Source: Methanofollis ethanolicus
GTDB lineage: Archaea > Halobacteriota > Methanomicrobia > Methanomicrobiales > Methanofollaceae
Assembly (NCBI RefSeq): GCF_001571385.1
Contig: NZ_BCNW01000001.1
Span: forward strand, 2,177,470 to 2,209,469
Reading direction: 5' to 3'
Length of the DNA stretch: 32,000 bases
Both the position numbers and the translations under genes were made by a program. A model generated the notes under the pieces. The model saw nothing but the letters and a program-made list of their open reading frames with translations, was not told the origin of the DNA and did no database searches. This document shows positions 28,001-32,000 of this stretch, piece by piece; the first letter of the stretch is position 1, and each line of letters opens with the position of its first letter.

Positions 28001-30583
28001 GCCGTCAGAGTTTGCCGTGTTGTTCGTGAAGGTGGTGTCCGTCAGGGCGGCACTGGCGGAACTGTCGAAGACCGCACCGCCGCCGTCATTGTTTGCCGTG
28101 TTGTTCGTGAAGGTGGTGTCCGTCAGGGCGGCATCGGCGGAATTGATGAAGTACGCACCGCCGCCGTCAGAGTTTGCCGTGTTGTTCGTGAAGGTGGTGT
28201 CCGTCAGGGCGGCACTGGCGGAACTGTCGAAGACCGCACCGCCGCCGTCATTGTTTGCCGTGTTGTTCGTGAAGGTGGTGTCCGTCAGGGCGGCATCGGC
28301 GGAATTGATGAAGTACGCACCGCCGCCGTCAGAGTTTGCCGTGTTGTTCGTGAAGGTGGTGTCCGTCAGGGCGGCACTGGCGGAACTGTCGAAGACCGCA
28401 CCGCCGCCGAAGCCTGCCGTGTTGTCCGTGAAGGTCGTGCCCGTCAGGGCGGCATTGGGGGAACTGTCGAAGAACGCACCGCCGCCGTTCATTGCCGTGT
28501 TGTTCGCAAAGGTCGTGCCCGTCAGGGCGGCACCGGCGGAACCTCGGAAGTACGCACCGCCGCCGTCGTTCATTGCCGTGTTGTTCGCAAAGGCCGTGTC
28601 TGTCAGGGTGACATTGACGGAATTTTCGAAGACCGCACCGCCGCCGTCGTTCGTTGCCGTGTTGTCTGTGAAGGTCGTGCCCGTCAGGGTGGTATTGTCG
28701 GAACCGGTGAAGTGTGCACCGCCGCCGTTCAGTGTTGCATTGTTGTTCGTGAAGGCGGTGTTTGTCAGGGTGGTACCGGTGGAAGAGAAGTACGCACCGC
28801 CGCCATTCTGTGCTGCCGTGTTGTTCGCGAAGGTCGTGTCCGTCAGGGTGGCATTAGAGGAACCTTCGAAGCATGCACCGCCACCGCTGAGGTCCTTTGC
28901 CGTGTTGTTCGCAAAGATCGCGCGTGTCAGATTGGCATTGGGGGAATAGGCGAACCATGCACCACCACTGCCATAATCTGCCGTGTTGTTCGCAAAGATA
29001 GTGTCCGTCAGGTCGGCATCGGCGGAATTTTCGAAATCCGCACCGCCGGCGAAGTCTGCCGTGTTGTTCGTGAAGGTCGCGCGTGTCAGCGTGGCACCGG
29101 TGGAACCGCGGAAGAACGCACCGCCACCGTTGTTCGTTGCCGTGTTGTTCGCAAAGGTCGCGCCCGTCAGGACGGCACGGGGGGAATCGACGAAGTACGC
29201 ACCGCCGCCCCAGTTCATTGCCGTGTTGCCGGTGAAGGTGGTGTCCGTCAGGGCGGCATCGGCGGAACCGGTGAAGTACGCACCGCCGCCGTCTTTCTTT
29301 GCCATGTTGTGCGTGAAGGTCGCGTTTGTCAGGGTGGTACCGGTGGAACCGAAGTACGCACCGCCGCCGTCAGAGTTTGCCGTGTTGTTCGTGAAGGTGG
29401 TGTCCGTCAGGGTGATGTCCACCGAGGTAGAGATGGACCAGGAGAAATACGCACCGCCACCGTTCGCTGCCGTGTTGTGCGTGAAGGTCGCGTTTGTCAG
29501 TCGGGCTGTGGAACAAAGAGAGTCGAAGTACGCACCGCCGCCACCGAAGTTTGCCGTGTTGTTCGCAAAGGTCGTGCCCGTCAGGGCGGCATCGGCGGAA
29601 GCTTCGAAGTACGCACCGCCACCGTTGCTGTTCTCTGCCGTGTTGTTCGCAAAGGTCGTGCGTGTCAGGTCGGCATTGGGGGAACCGCAGAAGTACGCAC
29701 CGCCGCCGGAGTTCGTTGCCGTGTTGTTCGTGAAGGTCGCGCCCGCCAGGGCGGCACCGGGGGAACTGGTGAAGTACGCACCGCCGCCGTCGTTCGTTGC
29801 CGTGTTGTTCGCAAAGGCCGCGCCCGTCAGGGCGGCACCGGCGGACCTGAAGAAGACCGCACCGCCGCCGGTCTCTGCCGTGTTGTGCGTGAAGGTCGTG
29901 CGTGTCAGGGCGACACCGGCGGAATAGGCGAAGTACGCACCGCCGCCGGTCTGTGTTGCCGTGTTGTCCGTGAAGGTCGTGTCCGGCAGGGCGACATCGG
30001 CGGAACTGTCGAAGTACGCACCGCCGCCTTTCTCTGCCGTGTTGCCGGTGAACGCCGTCCTCTCGACCAGGATGTGGTCGACGCTCTTGGCATAGAGCGC
30101 ACCGCCGAGGGCAGAGTCTCCCCCATTCCCGACAAAGGTGCAGTCGGCGATGGTGAGGCCCTGAATTCCGTAGGCGTTGATCCCGGCGCCGCCACCAGAA
30201 CTCAACGTGTTCCCGGAGATGTTGAGGCCGCGGAAGGTGGCGTTGTCCGCGCGGACGGTGAACGCCCTGACGGTGCCGCCGGAGATGAGGGGTTGGGCGG
30301 GCGACCCGTCCCAGCGCGTGACCGTCACGTCGGGCGCGTCGATGGTGACCCCGCCCCCGTAGGTGTGGCCCGGAACACCCCAGATGCGGATCGTGTCGCC
30401 GGCCCCGATCTCCGGGATATCCAGAAGACCGGTGAGGTTCTCCGCCCCCGCCACCACGGAAACATTCCAGGTGTGAGGGTGGTCGATCGCCGCGGAAGCG
30501 GCCGCGGGGAGGAGGAGACATCCCGCAAGAAGGCACAAAATTGCCATTCTGGCCCTATTATTGTATATATGATCTTCAGTCAT
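25025..30583 (-). CDS. Giant exported surface protein (1852 aa): signal peptide, beta-helix repeats, PEGA-like segment, seven PKD domains, PGF-pre-PGF-like domain, C-terminal membrane segment
   Basis: MAILCLLAGCLLLPAAASA; about 30 TTFTNNTA..GGGAYF repeats; seven ADFTVTPTGGNAPLTVAFTDASTGNVTAWAWDFGDG...HEYVTPGTYTVRLNASNAYG units; C-terminus nearly identical to the 21739-24708 product. Confidence 0.92.
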   Translation of the reverse strand: MTEDHIYNNRARMAILCLLAGCLLLPAAASAAIDHPHTWNVSVVAGAENLTGLLDIPEIGAGDTIRIWGVPGHTYGGGVTIDAPDVTVTRWDGSPAQPLISGGTVRAFTVRADNATFRGLNISGNTLSSGGGAGINAYGIQGLTIADCTFVGNGGDSALGGALYAKSVDHILVERTAFTGNTAEKGGGAYFDSSADVALPDTTFTDNTATQTGGGAYFAYSAGVALTRTTFTHNTAETGGGAVFFRSAGAALTGAAFANNTATNDGGGAYFTSSPGAALAGATFTNNTATNSGGGAYFCGSPNADLTRTTFANNTAENSNGGGAYFEASADAALTGTTFANNTANFGGGGAYFDSLCSTARLTNATFTHNTAANGGGAYFSWSISTSVDITLTDTTFTNNTANSDGGGAYFGSTGTTLTNATFTHNMAKKDGGGAYFTGSADAALTDTTFTGNTAMNWGGGAYFVDSPRAVLTGATFANNTATNNGGGAFFRGSTGATLTRATFTNNTADFAGGADFENSADADLTDTIFANNTADYGSGGAWFAYSPNANLTRAIFANNTAKDLSGGGACFEGSSNATLTDTTFANNTAAQNGGGAYFSSTGTTLTNTAFTNNNATLNGGGAHFTGSDNTTLTGTTFTDNTATNDGGGAVFENSVNVTLTDTAFANNTAMNDGGGAYFRGSAGAALTGTTFANNTAMNGGGAFFDSSPNAALTGTTFTDNTAGFGGGAVFDSSASAALTDTTFTNNTANSDGGGAYFINSADAALTDTTFTNNTANNDGGGAVFDSSASAALTDTTFTNNTANSDGGGAYFINSADAALTDTTFTNNTANNDGGGAVFDSSASAALTDTTFTNNTANSDGGGAYFINSADAALTDTTFTNNTANNDGGGAYFSSSADAALTDTAFTDNTAAQNGGGAYFVDSTGAVITNCRFDNPTNIYAEGSAAVLNATRTAGTNIAGGPYLGGNLWLNDPARNISEWGADADFDGICDEPLTITGFGTDALPLVYGGTVQVSSTPTGGFVFVDGTNTTRTTNNAFYLLAGNHTLEVVGATAYGRATVGVTAGTIEDVTITVLELPAADFTFTPTGGNAPLTATFSDTSTGDVTAWLWDFGDGTTSTEQNPNHIYASAGTYTVSLNASNAYRFNVSMVTDAVRVLPAPVADFTVTPTGGNAPLTVAFTDASTGNVTAWAWDFGDGNVSSEKNPSHEYVTPGTYTVRLNASNAYGFSLSDATVRILPPPLANFTQSTGEGNAPLTVAFTDASTGNVTAWAWDFGDGNVSSEKNPSHEYVTPGTYTVRLNASNAYGFSLSDATVRVLPAPVADFTVTPTGGNAPLTVAFTDASTGNVTAWAWDFDDGNVSSEKNPSHEYVTPGTYTVRLNASNAYGFNVSDSTVRILPAPVADFTVTPTGGNAPLTVAFTDASTGNVTAWAWDFDDGNVSSEKNPSHEYVTAGTYTVRLNASNAYGFNVSDSTVRILTPPTANFTQSTEEGNAPLTVTFTDASTGDVTAWAWDFGDGNVSSEKNPSHEYVTPGTYTVSLNASNAYSFNVSTVTDAVRVLPAPVADFTVTPTGGNAPLNVTFTDASTGNITARLWDFGDGTTSIEQNLTHTYVSAGTYTVRLTVGNVYGNDTSTANIAVTTPVSPSPGGSGSGHSDVSAGTASNIPTGGHASFGIRNSAISEVGVTAGEQIPEVLLTVEKGSLPSGVDAPAGAVYEYDEVTLYRTTDAALAGASLNFTVPKSWLDARGFAPENVVLYRYHDGAWHALPTRIVGEDAYGYSFTAESPGFSLFAIGAGESGPAPTATVTPTATATALPVTTPAAAATTTPQQSPLPFGLAVLAAGAALLLRGRLG
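25680..27360 (-). repeat. Seven tandem PKD-domain units, about 240 bp each
   Basis: acatactcgtgcgacgggttcttttcggacgaga recurs every 240 bp through about 26000-26960; protein shows seven WDFGDG/WDFDDG units. Confidence 0.93.
27790..30220 (-). repeat. About 81-bp beta-helix repeats, with a 162-bp higher-order repeat in three copies at about 27925-28410
   Basis: gcggaattgatgaagtacgcaccgccgccgtcagagtttgccgtg... recurs at 162-bp spacing, alternating with gcggaactgtcgaagaccgcaccg units. Confidence 0.9.
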
Positions 30584-31009
30584 AATACTCCCTATCGTCC
30601 CGCTCTTTTTTCACGGGATGTGATGACATCCTTATAGATTGCGATGAGATGATATATCAAAAATTCCGATTAGTAATGGTAATATACTATATATTGGATT
30701 TACTAATTGCAGACATATACAAACCATGCAGGCTGATTACGGCCAACGGAACACATATAGGGTTAATCCGTCTCTACGAGTTTCATGAGGGCCGGATACG
30801 GGACCGGGGATCTCGAATGCGGCGCGCAAAAGAGAGTGCACCGCCAACGGCACCAGAATAGGAAGAGAACAGCCGTCAACTGATCCCCACGGCAACCCTG
30901 CCGCCTTCTCGAAAACCCCGGGGGGTTTTCTCGAACCATTCCCGCCCCTACAGGTCATGTATGGTGCCCGGAAAAAAGAACCGGCGCCCCTTCCGGGACC
31001 GCCAATCAC

Positions 31010-31414
31010 TCACTCCTCCCCGCCCTCCGGCACGGAGACGTGTATCTGGACAAAGCGCCACCCGTCCCAGGTGTTCATCAGGACGGCGGTCAGGACGCCG
31101 TTCAGGTGCCGCACCCTGCCCTCCGCCGTGACCGTCATCTCGAAGGGCGTCGCCACCCAGGCGATGATCCCGTCCGCCGCGATCCTGAGGTCGCCGTATT
31201 CGAGCGAGAGATCGTCGCACCCTGCGAATTCGCGGGTGATGGCCGAGACGTACTCGTCGCGCCCCTCCACCCACTCCCCGCTCTCCGAACCGATCCCGAT
31301 CACCTCGGGCGCCAGCAGCGCCGCAACGCCGTCCGCGTCCTTTCGTCCGTACGCGGAGGCGTAGGCGTACATCGTCTTCGTCACCGCCTCACGTGTCTTT
31401 GCACTGAGAAACAT
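31010..31414 (-). CDS. SnoaL-like / NTF2-fold (DUF4440-type) small protein
   Basis: KTMYAYASAYGRKDADGVAALLAPEVIGIGSESGEWVEGRDEYVSAI...WVATPFEMTVTAEGRVRHLNGVLTAVLMNTWDGWRFVQIHVSVP; longer ORF starts at 31576 but the fold begins near Met at 31414. Confidence 0.8.
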   Translation of the reverse strand: MFLSAKTREAVTKTMYAYASAYGRKDADGVAALLAPEVIGIGSESGEWVEGRDEYVSAITREFAGCDDLSLEYGDLRIAADGIIAWVATPFEMTVTAEGRVRHLNGVLTAVLMNTWDGWRFVQIHVSVPEGGEE

Positions 31415-31767
31415 CTGTACAGAATAGAACAGAAAGGAGTTAGCCTTTCCTGACCCTGCGCCATCCGCGCCCCCTGCCGGCGAGATGAGAGCGGAGAACA
31501 CACCCGGAGCGAGAGGGTACGACAGAGACATAAGAAGAAAAAATACGCGACCCCGGCCTGATGAAACCGGAACCAATTAATACGATTATTGGAATGTCTT
31601 TTTAGCCTCCATTCCGGGAAATCCCCTTGTCCCGCCCCTTAATAGAGGAGACTTCAGACATGTACAGAGACACGTTGCAGTACCGATCAGAGTCAGCAAA
31701 AGGGGGGGATACCATACCAGAGCAAAAATACCAGATACCACGCGGGAGTTCTGCTCCCGGAGAGAGC

Positions 31768-32000
31768 ATGCGGATGACCGGAAAATCCCTGGAAAAGAGA
31801 GACCACTCTCCCACAATCCCCGGGGGCGAATATCTGCTTCTCCTCGACGCCATGCCCGTACAGGCATGGACACTCTCCGACCCTTCGACATACGGGGCGG
31901 TCAACACCGCCAGGGCGGAGTTCCTCGGGCTGAAGAAAGAAAACCTTGAGAAACGGGCGATCAGGGACGTCATCCCAGAAGAAGATGAGGCGGCAACCTG
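31768..32000 (+). CDS. N-terminal fragment of a PAS-domain (probable sensor/signalling) protein, truncated by window end
   Basis: Open frame absent from the ORF track because it runs off the end: MRMTGKSLEKRDHSPTIPGGEYLLLLDAMPVQAWTLSDPSTYGAVNTARAEFLGLKKENLEKRAIRDVIPEEDEAAT, resembling a PAS domain start. Confidence 0.65.
   Translation, partial: MRMTGKSLEKRDHSPTIPGGEYLLLLDAMPVQAWTLSDPSTYGAVNTARAEFLGLKKENLEKRAIRDVIPEEDEAAT

Noticed and set aside
27925-28410. 162-bp regular repeats considered as a CRISPR array
   Set aside because: Repeats are contiguous, in-frame and coding with no unique spacers; no cas genes in the window.
25956-30637. Long plus-strand ORFs 25956-26222, 26223-27158, 26483-27541, 27768-28949, 28712-30637 (up to 641 aa)
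   Set aside because: Antisense shadows of the PKD and beta-helix arrays of the convincing 1852-aa minus-strand gene.
30649-30861. 70-aa plus-strand ORF MIYQKFRLVMVIYYILDLLIADIYK...
   Set aside because: Lies in an AT-rich promoter-like stretch upstream of the giant gene; composition shifts midway and no family is recognizable.
31586-31891. 101-aa minus-strand ORF opposite the PAS gene start
   Set aside because: No domain, and it overlaps the better-supported plus-strand PAS reading frame.
1-32000. tRNA or rRNA genes
   Set aside because: None was recognized by eye; a tRNAscan-SE/Infernal run would be needed to be certain.

Overview
The window looks like archaeal chromosome, probably a Methanomicrobiales methanogen; this is inferred from gene content and style, and no search was run. 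Left to right: (1) a minus-strand surface-glycan cluster (GT2, GT4, FAD/UDP-galactopyranose-mutase-like protein); (2) pyrD-pyrK; (3) minus-strand mobA, panE-like, ogt and an Fe-S XPD/DinG-like helicase; (4) a tightly packed plus-strand operon, mscS-like, acsB (acetyl-CoA synthase with the bacterial-type N-terminal domain), acsD, acsC, RACo/acsV-like activator, a MetE/UROD-superfamily protein with methionine-synthase-like zinc ligands, and cooC/acsF. No CODH (acsA/cooS/cdhA) or methyltransferase (acsE) gene is present in it; (5) purB; (6) two tandem paralogous giant exported proteins with beta-helix repeats (about 27 aa / 81 bp), one also carrying seven PKD domains; (7) a SnoaL-like protein and the start of a PAS-domain protein. 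The strongest candidates for novelty are the CODH-less bacterial-type ACS operon with its embedded putative folate-independent methionine synthase, and a family of intergenic hairpins whose stems covary while 3-nt loops and flanks are retained, nested in a longer composite intergenic repeat. Comparisons with named reference proteins are from memory and need real alignments.
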